A stretch of 54,975 bases of DNA from the NCBI GenBank assembly GCA_913045115.1, contig CAJWPJ010000005.1, forward strand, positions 1 through 54,975, in the 5' to 3' direction. This document shows positions 30,946-41,558 of the stretch, in pieces. The position numbers and the translations under genes are program-made. Position 1 is the first letter of the stretch. Each line of letters opens with the position of its first letter. Source of the stretch: an uncultured Gammaproteobacteria bacterium. GTDB taxonomy: Bacteria > Pseudomonadota > Gammaproteobacteria > GCA-002705445 > GCA-002716945. Below the pieces are notes generated by a model, which was given only the letters and a program-made list of their open reading frames with translations, made no database searches and was not told the DNA's origin.

Positions 30946-31469
30946 TATTTTTTCTTAGCCTCTTTTTTGACTATTTGCTCATCTGCATACTTTATACCTT
31001 TACCTTTATAGGGTTCTGGTGGTCTGACTGATCTAATATCTGCGGCAGCCTGTCCGACTTTTTGTTTATCAACACCAGATATTATAATTTCAGTCTGTGA
31101 AGGGGTTTCAATAGTAAGACCCTCAGGTATTTCAAAATTAACAGGATGTGAATACCCGACAACCAGTTCAAGTTTAAGTTTATCTGCTTTCGCTCTATAT
31201 CCGACTCCCACCAATAAAAGCTTTTTTTCCCAACCTTTTGAGACACCGGTCACCATGTTATAAATTAATGCGCGAGTTGTCCCACTCATTGCAGTCGAAT
31301 CTGAGTTGGTGCTAACTTTGAGGAGGTTTTCGCTCTGCTCAATCGTTACTTCACTAGGTTTAACAAACTCTAATTTTCCTTTTGGGCCTTCGATATGAAC
31401 AGTATTGTCAACAAGACTATATTTAACTTCTGATGACAACTCAACTGGTTTACTAGCTACTTTTGACAT
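30945..31469 (-). CDS. rplF: 50S ribosomal protein L6
   Basis: GVGYRA, RPPEPYKGKG. Confidence 0.97.
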   Translation of the reverse strand: MSKVASKPVELSSEVKYSLVDNTVHIEGPKGKLEFVKPSEVTIEQSENLLKVSTNSDSTAMSGTTRALIYNMVTGVSKGWEKKLLLVGVGYRAKADKLKLELVVGYSHPVNFEIPEGLTIETPSQTEIIISGVDKQKVGQAAADIRSVRPPEPYKGKGIKYADEQIVKKEAKKK

Positions 31470-31472
31470 AGT

Positions 31473-31865
31473 TCAAGAGATATAACAAATGATCTCTCCT
31501 CCGCATTTTTTTTCTTTTGCTGATTTTCCTGTCATTAATCCTTGGGAAGTAGATATTATGCATATCCCCAGTCCATTTTTAACAAGAGGTATTTCATCAG
31601 ATGATTTATATATTCTTAACCCAGGCCTGCTAACTCGTTTAATGTAGTCAATTACTGGTTTACCTTCAAAATACTTTAAATCGACAACTAATGTTTTAAT
31701 TTTACTTTCATCGCTACTATATCCCTCAATATAACCCTCATCTAGCATAACTTTGCAAATGGACTCCTTCATTTTAGAATATGGAGCAGATATAGATTTC
31801 TTGCTGGACATTTGTCCATTTCTTATCCTAGTAAGTAAATCAGATATTGTGTCATTCATGCTCAT
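31473..31865 (-). CDS. rpsH: 30S ribosomal protein S8
   Basis: DLLTRIRNG, SRPGLRIY. Confidence 0.97.
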   Translation of the reverse strand: MSMNDTISDLLTRIRNGQMSSKKSISAPYSKMKESICKVMLDEGYIEGYSSDESKIKTLVVDLKYFEGKPVIDYIKRVSRPGLRIYKSSDEIPLVKNGLGICIISTSQGLMTGKSAKEKKCGGEIICYIS

Positions 31866-31869
31866 AATA

Positions 31870-32175
31870 TTACCAACTCGCTTTAGTTAACCCAGGAATA
31901 AGACCAGACATAGCCATTTCCCGTAATTTCGTTCTTCCTAGTGTAAATTTTCTATATACGCCTCTCGGCCTTCCAGTGAGTGCACACCTATTTCTTTTTC
32001 TCACAGATAGGGCATTTAGTGGTATTTTTTGCAATTTTAATCTCAAATCCATTGCCTCTTCGTCTGATGTCTTGCTATCTTTGAGCTTCTCTTTAATCAT
32101 TTTTATTTTAGAGATATATTTTTTATTGAGTTTTTCTCTCTTTTTTTCTCTCTCAATCATTGATAATTTTGCCAT
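31870..32175 (-). CDS. rpsN: 30S ribosomal protein S14 (101-aa form)
   Basis: [10 protein letters not shown]...[11 protein letters not shown]...KASW; true start at 32175. Confidence 0.96.
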   Translation of the reverse strand: MAKLSMIEREKKREKLNKKYISKIKMIKEKLKDSKTSDEEAMDLRLKLQKIPLNALSVRKRNRCALTGRPRGVYRKFTLGRTKLREMAMSGLIPGLTKASW

Positions 32176-32176
32176 A

Positions 32177-32713
32177 TTATTTAAATGGAAAGTTAAACTG
32201 TTTGAATAACTCCATCGCCTCCTCATTATTTTTTGCACTAGTTGTTACACAAATATCTAATCCTTTTATTTTATCAATTTTATCGAAGTCAATTTCAGGG
32301 AAAATTATATGCTCTTTTATACCAAGTGTATAATTTCCTCTTCCATCAAAAGACTTGTTGCTGTAGCCTCGGAAATCTCTTGTTCTTGGCAGAGATATTT
32401 TTATTAGCTTTTCAAAAAAATCATACATCATTTGCCCTCTAAGCGTGACCTTACAACCAATAGGCATACCTTCTCTCAGTTTAAAATTTGCAATAGATTT
32501 CTTAGCGTAGGTCAATACTGCTTTCTGACCTGCGATTTGAGTCAATTCCTCTTGAGCTTTTTCTAAAATCTTTTTATCAGCTATAGCTGAACCCAGCCCC
32601 ATATTCAGAGTTATCTTAATTAAACGCGGAGCCTCCATGTTTGATTTAAATTTAAATCTTTCCATTAATGCAGGCACAACATTCTCATGATAATATTCTT
32701 TATAGGTATTCAT
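32177..32713 (-). CDS. rplE: 50S ribosomal protein L5
   Basis: [25 protein letters not shown]. Confidence 0.98.
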   Translation of the reverse strand: MNTYKEYYHENVVPALMERFKFKSNMEAPRLIKITLNMGLGSAIADKKILEKAQEELTQIAGQKAVLTYAKKSIANFKLREGMPIGCKVTLRGQMMYDFFEKLIKISLPRTRDFRGYSNKSFDGRGNYTLGIKEHIIFPEIDFDKIDKIKGLDICVTTSAKNNEEAMELFKQFNFPFK

Positions 32714-33030
32714 CAGATGTCTATGACCTCTCTATTAGATTTGTAAATTCTCACTTTCTTTCCAGACTCTAGCTTTTTAAAACCAACTCTATCTTGTTTT
32801 TTTGTAACAGGGTTGAATATCATAATGTTAGATATCTCAATTGGCATTTCTTTCTCAATTATTCCACCCTCAATGCCAGCATTTGGGTTTGGTTTCGTAT
32901 GCTTTTTTGCCATATTTATTGCTGATACAAGACACTTGTTATCATCAAGTAATCTGATAACTTCTCCTTTTTTTCCTTTGTCTTTTCCAGCAACAACTAT
33001 TACAGAATCACCTTTTTTAATTTTATTCAT
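32713..33030 (-). CDS. rplX: 50S ribosomal protein L24
   Basis: KOW motif [26 protein letters not shown]. Confidence 0.97.
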   Translation of the reverse strand: MNKIKKGDSVIVVAGKDKGKKGEVIRLLDDNKCLVSAINMAKKHTKPNPNAGIEGGIIEKEMPIEISNIMIFNPVTKKQDRVGFKKLESGKKVRIYKSNREVIDI

Positions 33031-33399
33031 TTATAAAACCTCCGGTGCTAAGGATATTATTTTCATAAATGTTAAATCTCTCAGCTCTCTAGTCACTGGC
33101 CCAAATATTCTAGTTCCTATTGGCTCGAGTTTGTTATCAAGAAGCACTACCGCATTGCTATCGAATCTAATTAATGAACCATCAGGCCTTCTCACTCCCT
33201 TTTTAGTTCTAACGATTACTGCATTATATACCTCACCTTTTTTAACTTTTGCCTTAGGTAACGCGTCCTTAATTGCAACTTTAATCACATCACCTACTGA
33301 CGCAAATCTTCTGTGAGAGCCCCCTAATACTTTAATACACATAACTTTTCGAGCTCCACTGTTATCTGCTGATTTTAATATTGTTTGCATTTGAATCAT
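33031..33399 (-). CDS. rplN: 50S ribosomal protein L14
   Basis: MIQMQT...ADNSGA...SLAPEVL; true start at 33399. Confidence 0.98.
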   Translation of the reverse strand: MIQMQTILKSADNSGARKVMCIKVLGGSHRRFASVGDVIKVAIKDALPKAKVKKGEVYNAVIVRTKKGVRRPDGSLIRFDSNAVVLLDNKLEPIGTRIFGPVTRELRDLTFMKIISLAPEVL

Positions 33400-33407
33400 G
33401 GCGATAT

Positions 33408-33644
33408 TTATTCCTCTACTAGTACCCACGTTTTAGTTTTTGATATTGGCCTACTCTGCTTTATTTTGATGACATCACCTACAACACATTTATTGTTCTC
33501 ATCATGGATATGGTATTTAGTTGATCTTTTAATAAATTTACCATTTACAGGATGTTTCACTAATCTCTCTACGCTCACAACCGCAGACTTATTCATAGCT
33601 GTCTTTAATACTTTTGCGCTTATAATTTTTGCCTTATTTTCCAT
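33408..33644 (-). CDS. rpsQ: 30S ribosomal protein S17
   Basis: [21 protein letters not shown]. Confidence 0.97.
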   Translation of the reverse strand: MENKAKIISAKVLKTAMNKSAVVSVERLVKHPVNGKFIKRSTKYHIHDENNKCVVGDVIKIKQSRPISKTKTWVLVEE

Positions 33645-33831
33645 GTTTTATCTCATTTAAGATTGTTTTCACCCTAGCGGTAGTAATTTTATTCTCCCGG
33701 AATAAGTTCGGCTTTGGGTTTAATCCAGAGCCACGCTTGATTCTAAGACTAAATCTCTCTTTTGCAAGTTCTTCGAGCGTCTCTTCAAGTTCGGTCTCGC
33801 TTTTTTTTCTTAATTCCTCTAGCTTGATCAT
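33634..33831 (-). CDS. rpmC: 50S ribosomal protein L29
   Basis: ELRKKS...ARVKTILNE; synteny. Confidence 0.93.
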   Translation of the reverse strand: MIKLEELRKKSETELEETLEELAKERFSLRIKRGSGLNPKPNLFRENKITTARVKTILNEIKHGK

Positions 33832-34241
33832 AATGCGGTCCTAGTTACGAATGTTGTTAGTACAGGCAGCTTTGCTGCAGCGAGCCTAAACGCCTCTCTG
33901 GCTATCTCTTCGGAGACTCCCTCCATTTCGTATAAAACTTTCCCTGGCTGAACTTTAGACACCCAATACTCTACGTTTCCTTTTCCTTTACCCATTCTGA
34001 CTTCGATAGGCTTTTTTGTTATAGGCACATCTGGGAATATTCTAATCCAAACTTTACCACCACGTTTGATATATCGCGTCATGGCTCTTCGCGCAGCTTC
34101 TATTTGTCTTGCGGTCACTCTTCCCCTGGTAGTTGCCTTTAAACCAAACTCACCAAAGCTTACCTTTGCTCCTGATGTCGCAAAACCTCGAAGTCTACCT
34201 TTTTGCTGCTTTCTATATTTTGTCTTTTTAGGTTGTAACAT
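33828..34241 (-). CDS. rplP: 50S ribosomal protein L16
   Basis: [18 protein letters not shown]. Confidence 0.98.
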   Translation of the reverse strand: MLQPKKTKYRKQQKGRLRGFATSGAKVSFGEFGLKATTRGRVTARQIEAARRAMTRYIKRGGKVWIRIFPDVPITKKPIEVRMGKGKGNVEYWVSKVQPGKVLYEMEGVSEEIAREAFRLAAAKLPVLTTFVTRTAL

Positions 34242-34912
34242 TATTTTTTCTTCGCTGTTGTTTTTTGTGATTCTTCTTTAACGACATCTTCGGAATATAT
34301 CCAGACCTTTACACCTATAATTCCATATGTAGTGAGAGCTTCTGCGAAGCCGTAGTCTATAGCAGCATCAAGAGTATGCAGCGGAACTCTGCCTTCTCTG
34401 TACCATTCGCTTCTTGCAATTTCGGCTCCATTGAGTCTACCAGCAACATTTACTTTAATACCAAGTGCGCCCAATCTCATAGTATTCGTTACAGCTCTCT
34501 TCATCGCTCGTCTGTACATTATTCTTCTTTCAAGTTGTTGAGTAATTCCCTCAGCAACAAGTTGTGCATCAAGTTCAGGTTTTTTGATTTCTTTAACATT
34601 CACCTTAACTGTGGTTTTGTCTGTATTTAAAATAGTGGCAATTTTACTTCTGAACTTTTCTATATCTTCACCTTTTTTACCTATTACTATTCCTGGACGT
34701 GAGGTGTAAATGTTAACAACAGCCTCTTTTGTAGGTCTTTCTATCACAATTTTACTTACGGATGCATTTTCTAACTGTTTCTTTAGATACTCACGGATAC
34801 GGTAATCCTCCAAAAGGTAGGTGGAGTAATCTTTGTTACCTGCATACCATTTCGAAGAGTATTCTGTAGAGATACCCAATCTAAAGCCTGTTGGATGTAC
34901 TTTTTGTCCCAT
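34241..34912 (-). CDS. rpsC: 30S ribosomal protein S3
   Basis: [25 protein letters not shown]. Confidence 0.98.
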   Translation of the reverse strand: MGQKVHPTGFRLGISTEYSSKWYAGNKDYSTYLLEDYRIREYLKKQLENASVSKIVIERPTKEAVVNIYTSRPGIVIGKKGEDIEKFRSKIATILNTDKTTVKVNVKEIKKPELDAQLVAEGITQQLERRIMYRRAMKRAVTNTMRLGALGIKVNVAGRLNGAEIARSEWYREGRVPLHTLDAAIDYGFAEALTTYGIIGVKVWIYSEDVVKEESQKTTAKKK

Positions 34913-35259
34913 TATTTGTCCTCTCCTTGATTGTCACTAACTACAATCGTGATGTGACTAGTTCTTTTTAAAATCTGGTTAACTCGACCTCTTGCCCTTG
35001 GCCTGTGTCTTTTACCGTATGGACCCTCATCAATCAAAACATTTTTTACAATTAATTCATCGAGATCACTTGAGTTGTTGTGTTCAGCATTAGCAACAGC
35101 TGATTCAAGAACCTTTAAAATTAACTGCGAAGCTTTCTTGTTACTGTAGTTCAAAAATTCAAAAGCCTTATTTACAGGTAACCCTCTTACTTCATTAGCA
35201 ACAAGCCTACACTTTTGTGCTGATATTTTTTGATACTTTAAAATTGCTTGTGTGTTCAT
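34912..35259 (-). CDS. rplV: 50S ribosomal protein L22
   Basis: [22 protein letters not shown]. Confidence 0.97.
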   Translation of the reverse strand: MNTQAILKYQKISAQKCRLVANEVRGLPVNKAFEFLNYSNKKASQLILKVLESAVANAEHNNSSDLDELIVKNVLIDEGPYGKRHRPRARGRVNQILKRTSHITIVVSDNQGEDK

Positions 35260-35262
35260 AAT

Positions 35263-35538
35263 TTATCCTTTAGCTTTTCTATCACCTGAGTGTCCTTTGA
35301 AAACCCTGGTAGGTGAAAATTCTCCAAGCTTATGTCCAATCATATTCTCAGTAACATACACAGGGACATGCTGCTTACCATTATGCACGGCAATAGTTAG
35401 ACCAATCATATCTGGAGATATCACAGATCTTCTTGACCATGTCTTTATAGGCTTCTTATCATTTTCCTTCAGTGCCTTATCTACTTTCGCTTGAAGGTGA
35501 TGGTCAATAAAGGGTCCTTTTTTTAATGATCTAGCCAT
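35263..35538 (-). CDS. rpsS: 30S ribosomal protein S19
   Basis: [17 protein letters not shown]. Confidence 0.98.
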   Translation of the reverse strand: MARSLKKGPFIDHHLQAKVDKALKENDKKPIKTWSRRSVISPDMIGLTIAVHNGKQHVPVYVTENMIGHKLGEFSPTRVFKGHSGDRKAKG

Positions 35539-35540
35539 TT

Positions 35541-36377
35541 TTATTTCCTGTTCTTATTAGTTCTTCTTCTGACAATAAGTTTATCAGTTCTTTTATTTGA
35601 TCTTGTTTTATATCCTTTAGTTGGAGTTCCCCATGGTGACACAGGGTCCCTACCACCTGACGTCTTTCCTTCTCCACCGCCGTGAGGATGGTCGATAGGA
35701 TTCATTGCAACACCTCTTACAGTTGGTCTTACTCCAAGCCATCTCTTAGCGCCTGCTTTACCATGTTTCTGAAGATTATATTCACTATTTCCAACTTCAC
35801 CAATAGTTGCTCTACAAGTTTTAAAAATTTTTCTAGTTTCGCCTGACTTCAGTCTAAGAGTAGCGTAATCTCCATCTAAAGCGACTATTTGCGCTACAGT
35901 ACCTGCGCTTCTGGCAATCTGAGCACCTTTACCGGGCTTCATTTCAATACAGTGAACTTGAGTCCCAACTGGTATGTTTAGTAATGGAAGTGTATTACCG
36001 ATATTAATAGATGATTTTTCACCGGACATTAATTTATCACCTGATTTTAAATTTTTAGGTGCAATAATGTATCTTCTCTCCCCGTCAGCATATAGAAGTA
36101 ACGCTATGTTAGCGTTCCTATTAGGATCATACTCGAGTCTTTCAACTGTTGCAGGAATGTCATCCTTGTTTCTTTTAAAATCAATAATTCTGTATCTTTT
36201 TTTATGTCCGCCCCCAATATGTCTGGTAGTTATCCTGCCTTGATTGTTACGACCTCCAGTTTTATTTAACTTAGTTAGTAACGGCTCGTGTGGCTGTCCT
36301 TTATATAGATCTGGGTTTGAAACTTTTACCCTAAAGCGTCTTCCAGGAGATGTTGGTCTTGATTTTACAATTTTCAT
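35541..36377 (-). CDS. rplB: 50S ribosomal protein L2
   Basis: [23 protein letters not shown]. Confidence 0.98.
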   Translation of the reverse strand: MKIVKSRPTSPGRRFRVKVSNPDLYKGQPHEPLLTKLNKTGGRNNQGRITTRHIGGGHKKRYRIIDFKRNKDDIPATVERLEYDPNRNANIALLLYADGERRYIIAPKNLKSGDKLMSGEKSSINIGNTLPLLNIPVGTQVHCIEMKPGKGAQIARSAGTVAQIVALDGDYATLRLKSGETRKIFKTCRATIGEVGNSEYNLQKHGKAGAKRWLGVRPTVRGVAMNPIDHPHGGGEGKTSGGRDPVSPWGTPTKGYKTRSNKRTDKLIVRRRTNKNRK

Positions 36378-36679
36378 TTGACTGCCTCTTCCTCACCGTA
36401 ATTAATATCAAATCCATCTTCTAATCGAACATAAGCTTTTTTCCAATCTTTTCTTTTTCCAAAAGTACGTCCAATTCTTGTCAGCTTTCCTTGCATATTT
36501 ATAACTTTTACGCTTTTTACTTTTACGCTAAACATCAATTCTACAGCTTTTTTAATCTCAGGTTTTGTTGCATTTTTCAAAACAGAGAAAACATGCTGGT
36601 TTTCAAGATCAGCGCGTGTCGTAGCTTTTTCTGAAACTCGTGGGGCTAGAATGATATTAGCTAATCTTTCTGTATTCAT
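36374..36679 (-). CDS. rplW: 50S ribosomal protein L23
   Basis: [16 protein letters not shown]. Confidence 0.97.
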   Translation of the reverse strand: MNTERLANIILAPRVSEKATTRADLENQHVFSVLKNATKPEIKKAVELMFSVKVKSVKVINMQGKLTRIGRTFGKRKDWKKAYVRLEDGFDINYGEEEAVK

Positions 36680-37254
36680 ACTATCGTTGCCTTTTCAAGG
36701 TGTTCAAGAATATTTAGATCAATCACGACATTATCATGCTTCATCAGGACATACGGATTGATTTCTCTATAATCAAGAACAGATATATCCTTTATATTTC
36801 TTAAAGAGAAGAAAGCATTGGGATTATCAAGAGTTGTAATAAATAATGCATTAACTACTTTTAATTCGTCCAGAAGCGCTTTTCCTAATTTTGTTTTCTT
36901 ATCAGGAAAAGACAGCTTATCCGTTGAGTGAAGCCTTCCTCTTTTTAGAAGTTCATTAAAGATGCAATTCAGGGCTCCTCTGTACATTTTTTTATTAATT
37001 TTCTTAGAAAAGTGTTTGGGTCTTGCAGCAAATGTTACACCACCAGTTCTCCAAATAGGGCTTCTTGTTGTTCCGGCTCTAGCTCTTCCTGAGCCTTTTT
37101 GAGGTCGGGGCTTAGCACCACCACCACTTACAGCAGATCTATTTTTTTGAGCTTTAGTTCCACTCCTCTGATTTGACATGAAATCTGTAATAACTTGATG
37201 AACTAGCGCCTCATTGAATTCTTTTGTAAATATTTTAGAAAGCTCTTTACTCAT
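36676..37254 (-). CDS. rplD: 50S ribosomal protein L4
   Basis: FNEALVHQV, QKGSGRARAG; ATG at 37254 overlaps the rplC stop. Confidence 0.95.
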   Translation of the reverse strand: MSKELSKIFTKEFNEALVHQVITDFMSNQRSGTKAQKNRSAVSGGGAKPRPQKGSGRARAGTTRSPIWRTGGVTFAARPKHFSKKINKKMYRGALNCIFNELLKRGRLHSTDKLSFPDKKTKLGKALLDELKVVNALFITTLDNPNAFFSLRNIKDISVLDYREINPYVLMKHDNVVIDLNILEHLEKATIV

Positions 37255-38056
37255 CTTTACTGCTCTCATTATTTTTATCACTATCAGGTTGAGTTTCTTT
37301 TGACGTTGATGGGTTATCCATGGCTTCATTTGCATTGTCTGAACTAGCATCTAAAGTCTCTGTAGAATCGTTAGATTTGGTTAGTGATTGTTCATTTTCT
37401 GTAAAAATTTCTTTTGGAGTGTATTTCTTTTCTGTTGGTTTGATTATAACGACACTGCCTTTATGTCCAGGAATGGAACCTTTCACAAGCATGATATTTT
37501 CATCAGTCATAATTTTAACAATAGTTAAATTTTGTATCGTTCTGTTTACATTACCGAGGTGCCCAGGCATTTTTTTACCTTTAAAAACACGACCTGGATC
37601 CTGACATTGCCCTGTAGAGCCTAGAGCTCGATGCGAAATTGAGTTGCCATGAGTTGCGTCTTGTGTTTTGAAATGATGTCTTTTGACTCCCCCTTGAAAA
37701 CCTTTACCTAATGTTTTTCCAGTGATATCAACATGCTCTCCAGCTTTGAATGTGTCGACGCTAATGTCGGAACCAACACTTAAACCCTCGTCAATTTCTT
37801 TTACCCTAAATTCAACAAGACCCTTTGCGGGTTTAATATTAGCTTTTTTATAGTGGCCAGTGAGAGACTTGTTCAGTCGACTCTCTTTTTGACTCCCGTA
37901 AGCAACTTGAATAGCTGAATATCCATCACGTTCAGATGATTTGATTTGAGAGATTCTATTTGAGTCAACGTTGATGACAGTTACAGGAATAGAAGTACCC
38001 GATTCGTCAAATACGCGGGTCATACCTGTTTTTATGCCTACTAGGCCTATGCTCAT
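37247..38056 (-). CDS. rplC: 50S ribosomal protein L3 with a ~60-aa acidic C-terminal tail
   Basis: KTGMTRVF, GKGFQG, HGNSISHR, PGRVFKGKKMPG. Confidence 0.97.
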   Translation of the reverse strand: MSIGLVGIKTGMTRVFDESGTSIPVTVINVDSNRISQIKSSERDGYSAIQVAYGSQKESRLNKSLTGHYKKANIKPAKGLVEFRVKEIDEGLSVGSDISVDTFKAGEHVDITGKTLGKGFQGGVKRHHFKTQDATHGNSISHRALGSTGQCQDPGRVFKGKKMPGHLGNVNRTIQNLTIVKIMTDENIMLVKGSIPGHKGSVVIIKPTEKKYTPKEIFTENEQSLTKSNDSTETLDASSDNANEAMDNPSTSKETQPDSDKNNESSKDE

Positions 38057-38113
38057 TTTCTTGTCCTCAAAATGATAAAAAGTTAGTTAATTTAGTTATA
38101 TTTAAGGTGCTGA

Positions 38114-38122
38114 ATCTTAACA
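38114..38122 (-). promoter_or_regulatory. Extended -10 promoter candidate upstream of rplC
   Basis: TG-T-TAAGAT within the 134-bp rpsJ-rplC gap. Confidence 0.4.
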
Positions 38123-38190
38123 TAAAATTTGAAAATGTTACACTTTTTTAAGGTTTTTTGGGCTATTGAGCCTTATTTTAGGAGAAAAGA

Positions 38191-38520
38191 TTAACTAAGC
38201 TCTATTTGTACATCAACACCTGCAGCAAGGTCTAATTTCATCAGAGCATCTACAGTTTTGTCAGTAGGCTCAATAATATCCATCAACCTTTTATGAGTAC
38301 GAATTTCGTATTGATCGCGAGCGTCTTTGTCTACGTGAGGAGATACTAGTACAGTAAACCTTTCCTTCTTAGTTGGAAGAGGTATTGGGCCAATAACTCT
38401 AGCTCCTGTTCTTTTAGCTGTCTCTAGAATTTCTTTTGATGAAGCATCAATAAGCTTATGATCAAATGTTTTTAGACGAATCCTGATGTTTTGTGTATTT
38501 TTTTTCTTTTTTGCTACCAT
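38191..38520 (-). CDS. rpsJ: 30S ribosomal protein S10
   Basis: [26 protein letters not shown]. Confidence 0.98.
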   Translation of the reverse strand: MVAKKKKNTQNIRIRLKTFDHKLIDASSKEILETAKRTGARVIGPIPLPTKKERFTVLVSPHVDKDARDQYEIRTHKRLMDIIEPTDKTVDALMKLDLAAGVDVQIELS

Positions 38521-40620
38521 TTATGAGGCCTTTTCAATTAATTGTTCTGCAATGTTTGAGGGAATCTCAGCATACTTTTCAAATTCCATAGTATATGTAG
38601 CTCTTCCTTGCGTCATTGATCTTAGGTCTGTTGCATATCCAAACATCTCAGAAAGCGGAACTTCTGCTTTAATTATGTTACCCACAACCGTCTCTTCCAT
38701 ACCTTGAATTATACCTCTACGCCTATTTAAGTCACCTGTGACATCACCTAAGTAATCTCCTGGCGTTACAGCCTCTACTTTCATGACAGGTTCTAATAAT
38801 ACTGGGTTAGCTTTTTTAGCTCCTTCTTTAAAAGCTTGTGATCCTGCGACCTTAAATGCTACTTCACTTGAGTCAACATCATGAAATGAGCCGTCATACA
38901 ATGTTACCTTTACATCAACAACAGGATATCCACCAATGACACCATTCTCCATTTGTTCAACGACACCTTTATCAACAGGCCCTATGAATTCTTTAGGGAT
39001 TGCTCCACCTACAATTTCATTAACAAATTCATATCCTTTGCCAGGTTCTTGAGGTTCTATTTTTAACCAAACATGACCATACTGACCTTTACCACCACTC
39101 TGCTTGACGTATTTTGCCTCTTGTTCAATTGGTTTCCTTATGGTTTCTCTATATGCAACTTGTGGCTTCCCTATTGTAGCCTCTACATTAAATTCTCTTT
39201 TCATTCGATCCACAATTATGTCTAGATGTAATTCTCCCATTCCTGAAATAATTGTTTGGTTAGACTCTTCATCTGTGGCGACTCTGAAAGACGGATCTTC
39301 TTGTGCTAGTTTTCCAAGCGCCAAACCCATTTTCTCTTGATCATCTTTTGTTTTTGGCTCTACAGCAATTGAGATGACTGGTTCTGGGAACTCCATTCTT
39401 TCAAGCGTGATTACAGAAGATGGGTCGCACAATGTATCGCCAGTTGTAACTTGTTTTAATCCAACAGCAGCAGCAATGTCACCTGCTCTTACTTCTTTAA
39501 TCTCTTCTCTTGAGTTTGAGTGCATCTGAAGTATCCTTCCTATACGCTCTTTTTTTTGAGTTACAGCATTGTAAACAGTATCTCCAGCTTTCAAGACTCC
39601 TGAGTACACTCTAAAGAATGCGAGTGTTCCGACAAAGGGGTCTGTCGCGATCTTAAATGCTAGTGATGCAAATGGTTCATCATCAGATGATTCTCTTACA
39701 CCCTCGGTGTTATCTTTGTCATCATTAATCCCTTTAATTGCTGGTACATCAAGAGGAGATGGCATGAAATCAATTACAGAATCTAACATTGCTTGTACAC
39801 CTTTATTCTTAAATGCTGTACCACATGAAACTAATACAATTTCATTAGATAGTGTTTGTAATCTCAAGCCTTGAATAATTTGCTGTCTGGTAAGCTCCCC
39901 ATTATTCAAGTATGCTTCCATCAATTCTTCATTAGCTTCAGCGGCCGTCTCAACTAGTTGTTCGTGCAGCTCATCGGACTTAGCCTTGAGTTCATCAGGT
40001 ATATCTACCTCATCAAATTTCATACCCTTAGATTCCTCGTCCCATATGATAGCTTTCATATCTATTAAATTGATAACACCTTTGAAGTTATCCTCTGCAC
40101 CAATAGGAACTTGGAGCGGTACTGGTTTTGAACCTAGACGAGACTTTATTTGATCAACGACGCGGAAAAAGTCGGCTCCAGCTCTATCCATTTTATTTAC
40201 AAAAGCCATTCGGGGCACACTATATTTGTTTGCTTGTCTCCACACAGTCTCAGATTGTGGTTCAACTCCGCCAACTGCGCAAAAAACAGCCACTGCTCCA
40301 TCTAGAACCCTCAGTGACCTCTCTACCTCGATGGTGAAATCAACATGGCCTGGAGTATCAATGATATTTATTCTGTGTTCATCATATTGCCCAGTGCTTC
40401 CACTCCAAAAACAGGTTGTCGCAGCAGATGTTATTGTAATTCCTCTTTCTTGCTCTTGTTCCATCCAGTCCATAGTGGCTGCCCCATCATGAACTTCACC
40501 TATTTTATGAGAAACACCGGTGTAGTAAAGTATGCGCTCGGTCGTAGTTGTTTTACCAGCATCAATATGTGCCATGATACCTATGTTTCTGTAATGTGTT
40601 AGCTCAGTAGTTCTAGCCAT
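38521..40620 (-). CDS. fusA: Elongation factor G
   Basis: [25 protein letters not shown]; 699 aa. Confidence 0.99.
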   Translation of the reverse strand: MARTTELTHYRNIGIMAHIDAGKTTTTERILYYTGVSHKIGEVHDGAATMDWMEQEQERGITITSAATTCFWSGSTGQYDEHRINIIDTPGHVDFTIEVERSLRVLDGAVAVFCAVGGVEPQSETVWRQANKYSVPRMAFVNKMDRAGADFFRVVDQIKSRLGSKPVPLQVPIGAEDNFKGVINLIDMKAIIWDEESKGMKFDEVDIPDELKAKSDELHEQLVETAAEANEELMEAYLNNGELTRQQIIQGLRLQTLSNEIVLVSCGTAFKNKGVQAMLDSVIDFMPSPLDVPAIKGINDDKDNTEGVRESSDDEPFASLAFKIATDPFVGTLAFFRVYSGVLKAGDTVYNAVTQKKERIGRILQMHSNSREEIKEVRAGDIAAAVGLKQVTTGDTLCDPSSVITLERMEFPEPVISIAVEPKTKDDQEKMGLALGKLAQEDPSFRVATDEESNQTIISGMGELHLDIIVDRMKREFNVEATIGKPQVAYRETIRKPIEQEAKYVKQSGGKGQYGHVWLKIEPQEPGKGYEFVNEIVGGAIPKEFIGPVDKGVVEQMENGVIGGYPVVDVKVTLYDGSFHDVDSSEVAFKVAGSQAFKEGAKKANPVLLEPVMKVEAVTPGDYLGDVTGDLNRRRGIIQGMEETVVGNIIKAEVPLSEMFGYATDLRSMTQGRATYTMEFEKYAEIPSNIAEQLIEKAS

Positions 40621-40623
40621 GTT

Positions 40624-41094
40624 TTACCACCTATAGTGCGCGAACGCTTTGTTTGCCTCAGCCATTTTATGAGTGTCCTCACGTTTCTTAACAGCCGAAC
40701 CCTTATTGTCTATTGCATCAGTTATTTCTGATGCCAATTTTTCTTTCATAGACTTTTCATTTCTTTTGCTTGCAGCCTCGATAATCCACTTCATTGCAAG
40801 TGATATCTTCCTTTTAGAATTCACTTCAATGGGAACCTGATAATTTGATCCGCCCACTCTTCTTGATTTGACCTCGACAGTAGGTCCAACATTTTGAAGT
40901 GCTTTTTCAAGAACTGTTAGAGGTTCTTCTTTAGTTTTTTTTGATGAAATAGACAAAGCGTCATAAACAATTTTTTCAGCTGTTCTTTTTTTACCATCTT
41001 GCATAATCATGTTAGTTAGGCGTGTAACATTCGTACTCTTATAAATAGGATCTGGGATGATTTTCTTTTTTGGGATGTCTCTCTTTCTAGGCAT
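40624..41094 (-). CDS. rpsG: 30S ribosomal protein S7
   Basis: [24 protein letters not shown]. Confidence 0.98.
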   Translation of the reverse strand: MPRKRDIPKKKIIPDPIYKSTNVTRLTNMIMQDGKKRTAEKIVYDALSISSKKTKEEPLTVLEKALQNVGPTVEVKSRRVGGSNYQVPIEVNSKRKISLAMKWIIEAASKRNEKSMKEKLASEITDAIDNKGSAVKKREDTHKMAEANKAFAHYRW

Positions 41095-41097
41095 ATT

Positions 41098-41472
41098 TTA
41101 ACTCTTTGGTCTCTTAGTTCCATATTTGGATCTGCCTTGTTTTCTATTTTCAACACCTTGCGTGTCTAAACTCCCTCTGACAATGTGATACCGTACTCCA
41201 GGTAGATCTTTAACTCTCCCTCCTCTTATTACAACAACAGAGTGTTCCTGAAGATTGTGGCCCTCGCCTCCAATATAAGACGTAACTTCTTGACCATTGG
41301 TTAACCTCACCCGAGCGACCTTTCTAAGTGCAGAGTTTGGCTTTTTTGGTGTAGTCGTGTAAACACGTGTGCATACTCCACGTCTTTGTGGGCAGGACTC
41401 AAGCGCAGGGACATCAGATTTTGTAATCTTTGATTTCCTTGGTTTTCTAACAAGTTGATTAATAGTAGCCAT
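41098..41472 (-). CDS. rpsL: 30S ribosomal protein S12
   Basis: [20 protein letters not shown]. Confidence 0.99.
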   Translation of the reverse strand: MATINQLVRKPRKSKITKSDVPALESCPQRRGVCTRVYTTTPKKPNSALRKVARVRLTNGQEVTSYIGGEGHNLQEHSVVVIRGGRVKDLPGVRYHIVRGSLDTQGVENRKQGRSKYGTKRPKS

Positions 41473-41495
41473 ATTTCTCCTGACAAGTATGCGAA

Positions 41496-41524
41496 ATTTT
41501 ATTGGTACAGCAAGTATGTGTCAA
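41496..41524 (-). promoter_or_regulatory. str-operon sigma70 promoter
   Basis: TTGACA (41524-41519), 17 bp spacer, TAAAAT (41501-41496), followed by an AGGAG Shine-Dalgarno and the rpsL ATG. Confidence 0.8.
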
Positions 41525-41558
41525 GAAATGATTAACATTATATGAAAAAAACATATTT

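Noticed and set aside
37255-37350. Apparent N-terminal extension of L4, and similar extensions on L17, S14, L14 and NusG in the ORF track
   Set aside because: Longest-ORF artefacts overlapping the upstream genes; conserved N-termini begin at downstream ATGs coupled to the previous stop.
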